Shown here: positions 41,101 to 56,112 of the stretch, in pieces | How the letters are laid out: each line of letters starts with the position of its first letter | Position numbering within the stretch: the stretch's first letter is position 1 | Assembly (NCBI GenBank): GCA_040954595.2 | Contig: CM082589.2 | Coordinates: 2,910,075 to 2,974,074 of the forward strand | DNA length: 64,000 bases | Origin: Balanoglossus misakiensis | Lineage: Eukaryota > Animalia > Hemichordata | Direction of reading: 5' to 3' | Notes under the pieces: model-generated | What the model saw: only the letters and a program-made list of their open reading frames with translations | What the model was told of the DNA's origin: nothing | Database searches by the model: none | Made by a program: the position numbers and the translations under genes

Positions 41101-44100
41101 ATTTTTGGCATTTAACTCAGGAAATTGAAGCATTCACCACCTGTTTATGCGTGGAAGCTCCGCCGATGCCGAACACTGTGAGCACGCGCTATTCCGGTGC
41201 CCAGACTTACCAAGGAGAAACACTCGATTTTTAATTAGAACTGTTGGTTTTATTCCGTGTAGATATGACGTTTTTATTGCGCGACTGGAAAGATTTATTC
41301 GCATATTGTCCTTTTCGGAGCATGCCCGTCGCCTCACAGAAAAAAACAGGCACACAAACTGCCCATAGATCTTTTCTAGACAAATAAAACGCCATGATCC
41401 AAATCAAAACGAGTGTAGATCACAGTCCGGTGTTATTCTTTCGAAAGACCAAGGGTCACCTCCTTTTGCGTAGTTTGTCCCGTCAATGTTGGATAAATCG
41501 TTTCGGCGAGGGGAAGGTTAAATCGCGAGGGATCGTAAATTTTAAAAGTTTCTCGCGACCTGTTTCCGAGTGGTGTTTTTTATATTTATTTTGCACGTGC
41601 AGTCCTTACCGTGTGCAGCACTCGGGGCTAGATTTAACGCTACACACCTGGGTTGGTCGTTCGAAGTACGTCAATTTGACTCGGCGAACGGCGGAGAAGT
41701 CGCCCTTCCCCCGAGGGCTCTCAGCAGTCCGCAAGAAAATTGTCAGCCCCGGGGCAATCGGAGCACTATGAGTACGAGACCATTGTGTTGCGGTAACCGT
41801 CGGGAAAAAAAGTCAGCCGAATGACTTAAATTGTCTGTGAGTTGGAGACGTGTAGAAATCGTTTAAAGTTTCATTGATGTGCGAGGAAAGCGGGTTACAA
41901 AGAGAGTTGTGATGTCGTGCTGTGTGGGCCCGGCCTTCGGGCATTGTGCAGCAGAAGTGGTCCAAAGACATCGGGCCAATTACTTAATAGGTGCCTCTGT
42001 AATTTCTGCCCTGGCAATGGTCTTTTTACATTGCCACTGACGTGCACAAACACTCCGTTCGCTAATATACCCGATCTTTATCTCCAAAGCCAGCGCACAT
42101 TTTTACACATCGGAAGATTTGTAAGTTTCTGATGGTTCTGAGCCCCGGGGCCCTCTCTCTTTTTCTATTAGTCTTCCGCCCGCCCATCTCACTAGGGCGA
42201 GGGTGCCCACATCGCTCTGACTTCAAGAAGTCAATCAGAAGGACACGCGAATACCGCCCTTTTATGCAGACACTGTCGTTTTCAAAATGGCGATCGAAAG
42301 AAAAAGCGGAAACGCGCAAGACCTTCGGGGCTTGTGGATTTTTGTCGTGTTGATTACACCCTGCGCCGTTGTGTCAAAAGTCACTGAGTTCTGTGCCAAC
42401 ACGTCATATCAATGCGGCACTGTCGATTGAGTAGGGGTTAGAAAAAAGCGAAAATCTCGGCAATTTTGAAATAATTTCATCAAGGCGAGCCCTTCAGTCG
42501 GACCATGTCCCCCATGGCCGACCATGTCAAAAATCGAGATCCATCTTGCCAATTTTTATTATTCATCCCCGTTTTGATCTAACAAGTGGTAGAAAGCGCG
42601 CGGACAAAATAACATCGTGGCGCAGCCGCCTAAGCGCCCGCCTCATTTGCATAGAATTGCACATCGTTTGTCGAACAGGCATTCAAGCATGTATATATGC
42701 CAGGCTGAATAGAAACACCAGTTTTGAAACATTGTTGGTAAAACTCAAGGTTAACGATCGTAATCCCTGTATCACAGTCCCTAAACCCGGCCAATTTCAC
42801 TGCGTACGAATTCACTCCATAGGAAACTGATCATCCTCGATACTGGTGGTATGTAGAAAAATTCCCCGACTGAAAGTTCAGGGCGCCCAATCCGCATCAC
42901 GATTTCAGTCACAAAAGAGGGTCGGAAAAAATCGTCTATCCAAGCAGAGCCTGACCTCCGCTCTCAGCGCCATTATTTCGCAATTCATGCCCCCCCCCCC
43001 AACACGGCCATTTTTGAGACAGAATAAGGCAACGGTCAGGTGTTGCGACGCTCTCTCTGCCTCTCCTTGTTTTCTGTGTCTATTCAACTGAAAGGGGCTT
43101 TTGTTGGCACGGTCTGCGTATCTGACTGGTCCCAGGAGATTTGCCCCTAAACCACGATTTTTGATGCTGGCTGCATTGTCATTCAATGCGCGTTGAACGC
43201 CAGGCATCTGTTTCGTGGCCTGTTGATGTTGTTCACTCTCCGTCACGCTTCTGGTTCCGTAGAAAAAATAGGGCCTGAAAAAACACGAGCCTCCCCTTTT
43301 TTCATTCTTTTAAAAGAAAATAAAACCATCTCTCTTCGTTGCACGTAATTGTTTTCAAAACCCTCCGCTATGAGAAAACGCCCCGTCTCGTTATAAGGGA
43401 AAATTGGTAAATCGGAGTTGAGCAGAATTTGTCGGAAATTCGGGTCTTGAGTTAATAGGCATTAAGCCCCATTCATTTGGAATGTTTTGTTGTGCGTGAT
43501 ATGTTGCCAACTATAAGATACGTTTACACCACTTAGGCTCCATAATTTATTATTTCAAGTAGCGCTTGGCGACCTCTGACCTTCGGACTGTTTTCAACAG
43601 CCCCGGCCCATTGTTGGCGGGCGTATTCAGAACCAACGCAAAAGAGGCGTAAATTCTGGCTGCCCGACGATTTGAAAGCTCTGAGCTTCATTATAGCCAA
43701 TCCGGGGTCTTTCAGCCCGGCAATCAAGTGATAGTACAATAAGTAAACTGGAATGGAGACAACAGAAATTGCTAAATCAAATGATAGCTTGTGATTTGTA
43801 TGCCTTCAGGGGGGTTACCGACGGCTTTGGGAGCTGACTGGCGGTGGGGGTGCTGCGCGCACCTGTAAAACAGTTTGTTTTCGGCGAATTTCAGTCACTC
43901 TTGACTAGATCGTTTTCAGATTCCCGAATTAGAATGCACACTGGCGCACCTAAATCGGAAGTCTAGTAAGAGTTACTTTGACTACTGGTCACCAGCTGAG
44001 TTGTCGAGCTATTGTACACTTCCCCCCTTTTTAACTTCTTTCTGTGAATGGTCGTCTGGATCTTACACAGCGTCATCCCGAGAATAAATTATGACCCCCT

Positions 44101-47100
44101 TGAGTAAGTTAAGTGGCAAAAAACCAACAGATTGGTTGTACTGCCAGAAGGAGCTCAAAGCAACACCACTTGATAATATGAAAAGTTATTGACAAAAGAG
44201 AGTTTTTTGTTGACACACCCAAATTGACGTGATCTTGGAGAGGGGCGTCAAAACGTCACCGGCGATGTTCATTGCGATGATGTCGATTTCAGCCGCCGTT
44301 GCCGCGCGCCGTTCCGTTACGGGCAATCGACAGAGCTATGCATGCGAGGCGGGCAGAGTTTGCCCTACAGCGGTGGCATTATCCTGATTGCTTCACACTA
44401 CCACGTACTTTGATTAGGCGCTTTTTATCCCCACATTGCCGTAAGTCTTGATGAACTTCCCGGCTCTCCGGGGATAGCCGAATGAATGGACTTTCCTCCG
44501 ACGCTTTCGATATCAGCGCGACCATCAATCCTATAGGTTATTTGTTTGCATGATGGTGAAATTCGCACCAGTTCGCCCCACCTTAACAAAAAGATGCGCT
44601 CATCATTCGATCACGCCATTTAATAGCTGTAATTCTCCCCCAAAGCAAAACTCCCAGCCTCAAACACCGCGCGCCGCTTACAGCTTAGAACAGTTACCTA
44701 TTACCATAAAACGGCTTAAGACTCCCAAGTTCATGGTTGGCGTTATACGGGATAACGACAAAGCAATTTATTTGTTACAGACACTGCTAATCCCAGCCTG
44801 CCATGGGTCGTATTTTTCACCCAGATCGTAAAAAAGACCCTCACATTTATGCCTGTATAAAACTAATCCGAAGGTGGTGACCATTTTTATCTTCTTGCGG
44901 GTTTAGTTTGTTTGTTGTTTTGGTGTGTGGTGGGGTTTTCGTTTGAGAAGGGGGGTTCTTCGCCGTACAATTTTCTCACGCTGTCCTCTCAGACCTATTT
45001 TATTTTCGTCATCCTTTACGATCGATGTCCACGTTGCATCTGTGAAAAGATTAGGGCTAGCACCAATACCAGGTAACTGGTCAACCTTGAACACCATGGG
45101 AAACAAACATGTGAAGGGAAATCTGTTTCTCTAAACTGCCACTAATTTTAGCAACGCTGCACACACAACAAAGTAGGATGGGTTGTTTATCTAGATTATC
45201 AGTAGTTAAAGATGTGCATTTCAAAGCAGGGTTGTTGTTTTTCTCAGTAGATTGTCAGAGGTTTAATATGTGCATGCATTTCACACTGTAGCGTTTTCTG
45301 AAAAATCGGTTTAACAGGTAGTCTAAAACACAAACCAAAACAAACATGCAGAAATGGATTCTGACCTTAAAATGAATATGGACCGCATTATCGTTTACTT
45401 GTTTTTTTTTAACTTGACGTTGTTAAAGAACTTCGCTAAGTGCCCTATAAATCAGTTTACCCGTCTTTGTGTAATGTCCTTTTTTCACATCTAATGAATC
45501 GATCTTAAGTTCTTTGTTTGAGGTTTTTTGTGGAGCTAAACGAGTTTCGAGTTTGTTCCGCCGAGATTTATGTCCCACTGTGGTTTAGAAAATCAAGGCA
45601 GAAATGGCGGTACGGTCAACGTTTATGACGAAGTCGATCACGGACACCGGGCGCGACGACGTGACAGTCTGGAGCGTCCAGTGCCCCTTAACTTTCTTGG
45701 AATTCGAAAACGGGCTCCCAGCGACGGAGCAGTCAGTACAGCGCAATACCTGTCGGGGTTGCACGGTTGAACGTTATTGAGGAAATTGCTCCGGACAGTT
45801 TGATAAGCGAGCAATCTACTCGCTCTCTTCTCCTCCGCCTTCAAATCATCTCAGTATTTAAAAAACCGCTCGTTCCAGTTTCGTTTTTTCCCCATCTAGA
45901 CTGTTTCCTAAAGTGCTGACCGTGACGTCACAAATACTTGCAACTAAGAAATATTATACAGGCGAAGTCGAGCGCTTGGGATAATTTATTTAAAGGGTTA
46001 CCATTCAATTTCAGGATAAAACAGTTTCCAGTGTAAGTAGCCGCGCCGGATATCAGATGAAGTATTGCAGTGATTGTTATTTAACCCCCCCTCACCCCTA
46101 TTCCCTGAGCAACATTGACTAGTCCCTTTAGCACTGAGTAGGAGAGGTCAGTTCATTTTTACAGCGAATCGGGGTAGAGGCGATTAATCTTCGACTTGGA
46201 CCCTCTCTTAATATTTCATGTTGTTGGCTGCGGGGGTCAGTGTTTAAATTCTCCGTATGCATACACGTCTATCACACAGGGATGCATGTAGTAGGTTTTA
46301 GCTACATATTGCACACCTCTGCATACTGGAAGTGGAATTAACTGTTCAACTCTAGGCGCCGGTGCAGTCGAGCTGACCACATGATCCCGGCAGCGGGTCA
46401 AATTTTTACCTAGTCAAAACTGCCCAAACTTGTAATTCATTTCATGCATCATCGTTGCACAGGCGTTTCAAATGGTCGTATATCACGCGCATGCATGCCC
46501 CTCTCCCCCTTCTCATCCGGGGACCTGCTCACAGCTATAATACGTCAGAGTTACAGGACCTGACATTTTTGCTGTGGCAAGGGTGCCGATTTACGACAAC
46601 GAGCGGAATGTTCGAGTACAGAAACAATGTTGACAACCTGAAGGGTAAAAAAGGGAAGAGAGAAATATCGTTTCTTCGGGGCTAGTGTGTGGATGAGTGA
46701 ATTCGTGTACCTGTCATCGGTAACGAGGTAATCGTCACTTAGGGAGTGGACATATGCCGCTCGAGGGGTCACTTTTTATTGTCAGCTCAGACCTCAGCCC
46801 CCCCCCCCCCCCCGATGGCTTTCAAATGAACCCTACGGTCCAGCTACCATCATCATTATCATCATCACCCCGCAACTACCAAAGATATTAAACAGCGATT
46901 CCACCAAACCCGCCATATTCGTTCCCACACTTCGGAAATGGACGTAACCGGGCGATTTCTAATGTCGCTTCAGGATACCGGCGTCTCCTCTCCGATTGCG
47001 GTGATGGATTATTTTCGGCAGTGGATCCAAATGTCATCGCCATGGCAACTTTAAAACCGGCGGCGTCATCCATTCCAGCAGTGAAGCCCCCACTAGCACA

Positions 47101-50100
47101 TATACAAATATTTCTCTTGTTTCCTTATAACCGTGTTAACATTGTGTGTATAAAAGCAATCACCGGTGTCACGTACAGTTCTAACACATGACGCGATGTA
47201 TTTCTGTGTCTGGCCTGTGTATTAATTCTGCAATATCTCACATGACAGGTTGTTTTATTTATATCGGTGTCATAAAAACATTAAAAAATATGCTAATTCT
47301 GAAAAATTTGCTGGAAGCGTTTTGCGAGAGCTGTTCGTGTACTTGCCATCGAACCAATTCATCTTTGTACACTTAAATATCTCATAACAAAATGGCTTAT
47401 GGCAATATTTATTTTAGTGATCATAAACCCTGATGCCTAATAAAAACAACAAATTACTCGCTGAATTTCGAGTAAATTTTATTGTCACGGTCCAATTTGG
47501 CGCGCAGGCTTTAATCGCCAGACTTGGCCAATTGGTGGAAACGGACATGGGTTTCCCTCTGACCGTGACGAAGTGGTCACTTAGTGACCGCGTTGTGCCT
47601 TTCTCTCTGTGTCTCTCTGCCTGGCTCTCTTTAGCATTCTCTCCCGACGTGACATTTAACGTTGGCTGTTTCCTGGGAATGATTGATTGGCTCGACTTTT
47701 TACCGATTCTGTCGTCGACTTTGTCTTTTTTTTATTCGTGGAAATGCGGGTTGATAATCGCCATTGCAGTAAATCAACCGAGATGTAACATTTGTTTAAC
47801 GACGGCATCAATGTTTGTGGTTAGGGTTCGTGTTTTTATTTTGCCATGTTTTTTGATCCTGTGTTTTTATTGCATGTGATATGGGACAGCCAAGCCTTCA
47901 AAAGTGCAAACTGTTTCCCGTTGAAATCACTTGTATTTCAAAATTGTGCATAGTTCTTCTATCTGGCTCGCTCGATTATCCCTTCGTCTTACCCCCTCCC
48001 CCCCCCCCCCCCTCAACTAAAAGACTACCGCAGACCTCGACCAATTTCTCGGCTGAAAACCGAGCAGAACCCCCCTTTTCCTGAAATTTCCCAAAACTTG
48101 TTAATTAAAAGATAACCCCATTTATAATTAATACAAAATAGTTGAACCTTGAAGTGAGCGGCAAGAGCTGAGATCTGTATCACCGTGTCTCGTCGCCGCT
48201 TCGCACCAGATTGCTCTCGCTGTTTCTCCATCTGCGTCGGTCTGTGAGACTTGCGCTACGTCCTAGCAGCGTCCAGAAAGACAAAATCAGAAAATAGTCG
48301 TGTATTTCTCCTGCCCTAACTATACCGCTACATGTTGTACTACTGAAATGAATCTTTCGCATTTACCTAAGTTCAACTCAAAAACGCTCTCTCTTTGACC
48401 GTGTTGTCACCTGCGCCGGACAAATAACCAGAGAGCTAGGGAGTTCCGAAAGATCGATGTGCAAGCACCAGGGTTGGCAGTCTAGCAAAAGACATGATTT
48501 GGGCAGCGGGTCAAGCTATACTTAATGAACAGCGTCCACCCCGCTCTGTATCTTGTCGACAAAACGTCGGATTGAGTTACATGTCAACGGAATATTTATT
48601 CGGCAATTTCAGCGGCACGGCAGATCATTTTCCCGGTAATTTCGTTGGAGCGCCCGCCGAGGAAATCGACCTGTCCCATTTTATAGCATCACTCATGCGT
48701 TCTTTAGTCAGTAATGTGTGTCGTATTTCATCGCAAATACACACGTACACCGAAAACACACCAGTCCGCCGCGCAATATATTTATACAAGCGTGTGTATA
48801 TACCTGTGCTTGCCGAGGTAGCCGCTATGCCACAAATCTTTCCACTATAAATGCCGAAAGCCTCTCTTATGCGCGAAAGACAGAACTTAGCTTAGCATGG
48901 CGCTGACAACAATCACGCTCTGTAGGAGACAGACGAGTTCCGGATGGCTGGAGTTTGTCGCTGCCCCCCCCCCCTCCCCCAAAAAACCATGAACCTAATT
49001 TCCCACTTCTTCGTAGATTTATTCGCTTTAATCGTTGAAGTTACACAGCGAAGGGAATATTTCCCAGCGTCAAGGCTTTACGAGAAAATGTGTCGACATT
49101 CAATTTCCACCACCATTTAAAAACCGGTGAGCTGCACTATTGAAATCTTGGCCGATGGCTACGCAAGACAAATTACTTTCATAAGCCAGTTATTTTTACC
49201 TGAGCACATCTAGTCTATTGTTTTCTTTTTTGATCGGAGCGCGGATTAAATTTCACCATTGTTTGACGCCGGATTGAATTTGCAAATTTGTTTCCTTTAT
49301 TTGGAACTAAATCGGTGAGTATTATTTTTCTGTCAGTGTCCCCCTGGGTAGGGCGCGAAGGATAATTGTCTTCAAACAGAGAAAGATTGATTAATTTATA
49401 AAAACCGAGCGAATATTTGCCTGACGGATAATATTGTGTACATAATAAACAGGATAGAAGAATAATAAACAGAAGAAATTATTCCAGATATTTAGTTCTG
49501 TAGAATTAGTCTGTAGAGGAAGCTGAAAACAAAGATGAGCAATTCTTTCAGACAATGTAAACGCCATAGGCGGTAGATTTGTTATTTTTGCCGTGATAAA
49601 TTTCTGATGCTTACGTCATATTGAGTGTGTCGGGGTTTTTTTCACCCGAAAAGGATTTTTCTCTTTTTTTTACAATAACAAATATAACAAAGGTTATTAA
49701 CGATTGGTACATGTTTTGACACAAAAAGGGGAATGTTAACAATAGAATATGAGCGTGTCTCGAAGGTACATTATATTCAAACACAGACCTGTTTAGTGGG
49801 ATTTGGGTATTATTAAAGGACAAAATGGCGACGTGGAATCGAAGTTGCCGCGCAGTGAACTTAAACTTGACGAAGATGTGACCAATCGCACAAAAGAACA
49901 AAGAACTCGCAAACGAAGCAGCTGGCAGCCAAACGAAATTTAGTCCATGGCGTGAAAATAGAATTAAATGAGACATGTTGAAGAAAATATGGCCTGAATA
50001 TATGGCAGACGACAAGTGAGAACGCGGGAAACTATAGGTGTCTGTCTTTCCGGTTTTTGTTACCAGGGGGCGTCGGCAGAAGCAAAACCAATACACCCAC

Positions 50101-52388
50101 GCCAGAACCGGTGCCACTGCATGAAATAGTCATTAAAAGATGTACCATTTAATACTAAGACGATAAATCAGTTGTGATTTCAAAAAGAAAAAAAGAAATC
50201 TGGGCCCATTCTTTCATGCACGGTTGACAAGAACTTGCAAATTTGGTCGCTGAAGCAAGATGATGGATGGTCGTACCACATTGCGCTATTATATTTTCCG
50301 CCAGTTTGGCCACCAGTCGTTGCCTTTCCCCCATTGTGAGAGTCTCACTTCTGGCGATTCCAGCCTGTCGTTGGGGGGATGGCGGCCATGTTGCAGAACA
50401 CAACTCTCAGTTTCTTTGACCCGGCTGGTGTTGTACCACTGCCGGCGCGTTTCGGCCTCCTTTTATTCCTTCAATTTTTTTTCTGAGGTGTATTTTTTTC
50501 GGCGATTGTCCCGCTCCACCAGCTGACCTCTCCGGTGCTCGTAATTTTCTTTACGCAACATTACTTTTTCAACAGTCTGTCACAGGTCGCTCTTCTAGGC
50601 ATCGACGAATACATATGAGGTGAACCATTGTAGAAACAGAATACAACCCCTGTACCGAATCCATCCGGTTTTACATTTTCACCCCCGACTCACAATCAAT
50701 CAAAGATGCTCTATTCCAGCCGCTTCCTATTCGATCACTGACTGAAGTCCCGGCCGCGACAATACCCTTAAAAGTGTCATCAACACGGCGTTGACATGTA
50801 TACTGCAATTGGGGGACACGGATGCCTACTGACTCTATATAAAGCTAATTTTCAGTCGGTACTTAGTATTGTGTCGGGCAAAGGAAGCAATTTTCGATAG
50901 CTTTTCAATACGAGAGGACGCAACCCGGTCGGGTATTTCTTTTTAACAGTATTCCAATTCCCCTCCACCATTGGACTATTATCGCGGCTTTCGAACAACA
51001 GACCTGGTTGGCTATTGTTCACACGCCATCTGCTTGTGTTTCAACATTCGAGACCTTTTTACAGCCCTTTTGCGTCCCTCTTCCTCTGTCATACACACCC
51101 ATAGTCTGTGACAACCGCCAAACTCCAGATATATGTGCAAAGTATTATCTGCGTGCACGAAAACGGTTCCAGGTGCGCGAAACGCCGTAAATTTCGCCGG
51201 CCGGGACGGTGTCATTCGCGGAAGAGTAGCCGAGAATTTTTAGGGGGTTGTCCTGACGCTGATCTACCCGCCTGAAATTTCTGCGAGGAGCTCGCCGGCT
51301 AAACGCGCCAGTAATGGGCCCTCTAATTACCCCTTGGAGGCAGCGCCAGCAACAGACCTGACGTACCAATCGAACTTTTAGTGCCGTAATTTCTGTCGAT
51401 TATAGGCAAGTACCAGTGTTAAGCAGTTAAGTGGACTAGATTCGCGTCATGCGTTATCGGCACAGGCACCGTTACGCCGTCTCCCCGGCCCGGCCCAAAC
51501 CCAGTGCCCTATTAATCATCCAGTCATCTTATAATTTCCACGGCACCCGATAATCGTTTCCGCCAGCACAACAAATAATTGTCACATTTAGCCTTCAGTC
51601 AGCCGCCATATTTGACATCGCAGTTTGCCTCTGTTTGTACATATACATATTTTGATATTTTGTTTTATCTTTTTACCCTCAGTGGTAAGGTATTAATTGC
51701 TCTCTGAAAGTGCGCCCTCGCCGTCGACCTGCCGTCTGACCCCATCTTGTCATTTAATATCACATAAATTTGATAAAACTAACACACTAATTTGATTGTG
51801 GTTGTGAAAAACAAACCTTTCCCGCACACTACTGAGAAATTTGTCATAATTTCACCCTGTGAGATAGGCACAGACAACGTGGCGACGGAGCAATCACGCG
51901 CTACCGTTACATTAGCTCTTGACGACCACAACAAAAATTTTATGTTGGAAAACATAAAAGCGAGATTTCTCCAATAAACTGTCGTCGCAGCGGTGTGGAT
52001 ATAAAAACAGTAGGAAAGTACATACAGATGTTAACAGGCAGGAAGTTATTACCATATTTCATCGTGGGCCATAAAGAGCACATGTAAAATAAGAGAAAAT
52101 AACACGATTACCATACATATCTGTATCAACAGAACGTTAATAAACTGTCCTCTGTGACAATCACTACGGTTTTTACGACATTCGCTGGAACAGTTCTTTA
52201 TCTTACAATTAAGGAAAGGAAAAATATGAACTTAATAGGTTTTCTTTAGTGATGAGCCCTTCTGATCTGTGTCAACTTCATATTTCCGCCATGGCGCGAA
52301 CAATGGTGTAAAAGCTATATATACAGTACAAAGAACCTAACAGGCGCGCGTGTAATGTAATATGTCTGGATCGTGCCTGTAGTTTAAC

Positions 52389-52511
52389 ACTGACTGACTG
52401 ACTGACTGACTGACTGACTGAATGAATGAATGAATGAATGAATGAATGAATGAATGAATGAATGAATGAATGAATGAATGAATGAATGAATGAATGAATG
52501 AATGAATGAAT
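52389..52511. repeat. Compound microsatellite (ACTG)n followed by (AATG)n
   Basis: Read directly: about 8 ACTG units then about 22 AATG units. Confidence 0.98.
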
Positions 52512-55500
52512 CCGATCTTTAATGGCGATGGTTGTTCTCAGCAATCCTCGGCGGTGAGCAATTTAGTTGATAAAGATGTCAAATTCGACTGGTATAAAGT
52601 AGGGGTTGGGCTGTTATTTTGCGAGAAGGTCACCATTTGATGAACTGAGCCAGCACCTTTGGAGCTTCCATTGATTCAAGACACATGCCTGCCTATTTTA
52701 AGGGACAGATTTCCCTTCCCACGTCCCAATTAAATCGACTTATGGACCTGCTAGTTTGGAGAGGATTGTCGAAGGCCAAAACTTCGGATTTCGAGTCAAT
52801 TAAAATAAATATATCTGCTCAATTGTATCGATTTTCTTTTATACGGGGAGATTTATAATTACTTGCGGGATGTTTCACCTTGGAAATTCGCGAAGCAGAA
52901 CATATAAGTAGTTGAGGTTTGGTTTTCGATCGACATTTCATTAAAAACTGATAATTTTTTATTACTCTGTTTTGGCGGGAAACCCAGCCAGACGACATTT
53001 GGCAAAGCGCACCTTTTGTGTTCATTAGTACAGTTGGTTCTTATCATGCGTGTCGAAATCATATATCATTTCAACAATCGTTTCAAGACAATTTGTAAAC
53101 TTTTCCTCACATCATTGAACTCTGTCTCTAGAGCATGTTGAGTGGCTGTGGACTTGACACCGATGTTGCTTTTAGAAGTCCGCCATTAATTTTCTTTGTT
53201 GTTTCAGTAAACGCTGACTGCGCAAGAGGCAGAGGGGAAAGCATTTATGATGTATGATATGACAAAATGACACTTAAATGATAAACACGTATTTTGAAAA
53301 CTACTGACACAGTCTTCATTCATTTTACCCACACTGAAGCCTCCCTAAGTCGTCTGAAATTTTACTAAGCTGGCGGCAAAAATCAATCTGAAAAAAGTGT
53401 TATCTGACGTAGAACATGATAACTTGGGGTCCCAAAATCAAGCGTGGTGGCGGCTCATTTGTAAAATCTGAAAATAAAACGCGTTTAAGCCTTCAGACCA
53501 GCTGTAGTTTCATAAGCGTGTATCCTTACTAAAACTTGCACCATCTCCTAGGGAGCTCAATCGGTAGAATTCATGGGACATTTTGACACTCTCATAATTT
53601 CATCAGCACGTGTTCGGTCACTTTTGTTTCATTATCTTTACAATCAGATCAAGAATTACCGGCAGCAGTGGAAAGAAAAGTGTCAATTTTCTCCTGAAAT
53701 CGACCCAATAGATCGTTTTGTTGTGAACGGCAAGCAACGAGACGCCTGTGCTGACAGTAATACTTTGTGAAATATTGGCATTGCCACGCCTATGGAACTG
53801 CCTTAATCCATCATGGCGGCCGGTCGAATCGGGGTCTCGCAATATGTCCATGAATATTTAATATTAGCAAATATCGCCTAGTTCCTATGGGCATATTTAG
53901 AGCAATTATGGCAAGTTTTGTTGAAAATATAAATCACGCTCATAGAAATGTTGGACTGACAACTCATTGGTGCTTTGCAATCATTTGTCTTTCTGCCCAA
54001 AACAACGCCAGCCTTAAATGTGCAAGTTTATCGGCCAATAAAAAAAGCGCGAAGATTATTCAAACTTCAAGAGTGATACAAAACGACAACATATCAACAA
54101 TGCTGAGCAAAGCGGCGCTTATTATGCTATAATTTTGTCAATTCAAACAATTTGATTTAGAAGTCAGCCAAGCGAAAGATATTATATGCACGTGATAGGC
54201 AAACTAATGTCCCGGCATCGAATCGAATTGCGCATTGTTGTGAAGGAAAACTTCTCTCTCTGACGGTCGGGCACGGGGGCTTACAATGCTAGTTATAGCC
54301 TAATACACTTAGTTTTATATGAATATTTTTCTTTCTGACAAACCATTTATCCTCGTAAGTGCAGTTTTAACATGGAGGGGCTGTTGATGATGTGAAAAGC
54401 GTGTTTTGTCGTTCAGCTAACCTATCGTGGTCATCATAAAATGTTGCTTTATCAAATTCATTTCTCCTGGTTTTGAGTTGAAAGGGGTGCCTCATTCACT
54501 CGAGTGTCGATTCAAGTACGGGCTCTTTAAAATACATTGAAATTGAAGGAACATTTCATTAACATGGTAAGAACGGTCTTGAGGTGAATTGGCTTAACCT
54601 CTGACCCCAATCCTTATTTATATGCAAAATAGTGAGTATGAAATAAAAGATAAAAACCTGGACGGCTACGAGGTACCTTATTTGGAGTCCTGTGAAGTTA
54701 AGCCGAAAACCGCGTTTGGATTGCAAAATCAATTTTGACTAATGTTAGATATGAACCTACACGGACGTCGGGTTTAAAGAGAAGGGCCTCTTGTCATTGT
54801 GGAGCAAACTACGTGGAAATAATGGTTAAGTTTACATAGATAATTATATATATTTATATACACTCTCAAATTGAACTGCGTCTTGAGAATTGGCTATGGA
54901 GTGAAAATGGACGATTGTGTCCGTCTAGTCTGCAAGAGTCAGCCACTTAGGTAATTGTATCTTTGCGTATGAAATAATCCCTGTATAAACTGTCTGGGAA
55001 TGAATTCATTTGGAATCGCGATAAAGTTTTTAAAAGGCCGTCTGTATTCGTCGTCATTGTGAGTTTTTTATTCGCTTAATCACAATTGAACGAATATCAC
55101 TGCTCGCTTGTGGTTTGAAAGATGACGTCAGGGCGAGTGAAATTAGTGTGCGCACACAAAGGTGGAGAAAGGGCGGGAAGGCAATAGAGCAAATAGACTC
55201 GTTTGGGTTGAAAAAAACGGGAGAGCTCCACAACTCTATGCACACCACGCGTCTATGTGGACCGCAATAGGAATTGAATTTTCGATGCGTCAAAATTTTC
55301 ATCCCCGCTTACAAATTGCTTTCAATAAAAATTGGCAGTTGTGAGTTAGATAACGAATCATTTTCTGCGTCTGGGTGTCAGATTATTCATCGAAATTTTA
55401 TCGAATTAACGCCTCGCCTGTTCACCTGGGAACCGAAGAACCGGCTTTTGGCATTCGCGCCACGCTGTCGATTTTATCAAGTGAGAATTGTCTTTAATTG

Positions 55501-55981
55501 TGGTGTGGAGAAGATTGCTCCCCCAGTATAGCGGAGTTAATTGGCTATTTGCTGACGGAAAACGGCGCGAAAGAACATTGAGATATCTAACCAGCCGCTC
55601 GGTGCACGCCGCCACTGGAGACACCTGGGAACTTTTCACAGGGGATATCAACTTTGTAAAATTCTAAGTGAAAAAGTATGATAACATTTGCCATATTAAT
55701 GGAGCGGCTATATTTTGCGCGGGTTGATGGGTGGGAAAGGAAATGAAACCACGACGCGGGACTTTTCCTTGTTGTGGGTTTTTATTTTAGTGAACATGTT
55801 ACCTTCCTTTGGACCAGAATTGATTATTACATTAGTGGTTCTGTTTTTTTCATTTATGGCCTTTCCCTGTCTTGGCATCCGCAAGTTCGGTTATTGTTTC
55901 TAGCGATGTTAATAATCTGGTTATTGTTCTAATTGCGCGATTGGAGAGTGTACGTAGATTCTTCCTGGGGTTACGCTGTTA

Positions 55982-56029
55982 GTTGGTTGGTTGATTGGAT
56001 GGATGGATGGATGGATGGATGGATGGATG
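55982..56029. repeat. Microsatellite (GGTT)n-(GGAT)n
   Basis: Read directly; lies about 85 nt upstream of the 56113 exon acceptor. Confidence 0.93.
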
Positions 56030-56112
56030 TACACCATCAATGACAAATGAAAGCTATAGTCAGTACCCACTTTTTATTAACAAATAGCGGGTTATCTCTT
56101 TGTTATTTTCAG

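Larger units (their letters stand above)
37957..56112 (+). other. TFAP2: TFAP2 intron, 18,156 nt, GT-AG, phase 1
   Basis: The flanking exons join in frame as ..SLVE|GEAVHL.., the conserved AP-2 junction. Confidence 0.93.

Noticed and set aside
8552-43811. AP-2 binding sites (GCCN3GGC-like, e.g. 8552, 28662, 41746, 42142) suggesting autoregulation
   Set aside because: A motif with 6 informative bases is expected several times by chance in 64 kb, and I saw no clustering.
53400-53560. Possible dispersed-repeat (MITE) fragment
   Set aside because: Only a subjective resemblance. No TIR, TSD or second copy within the window.
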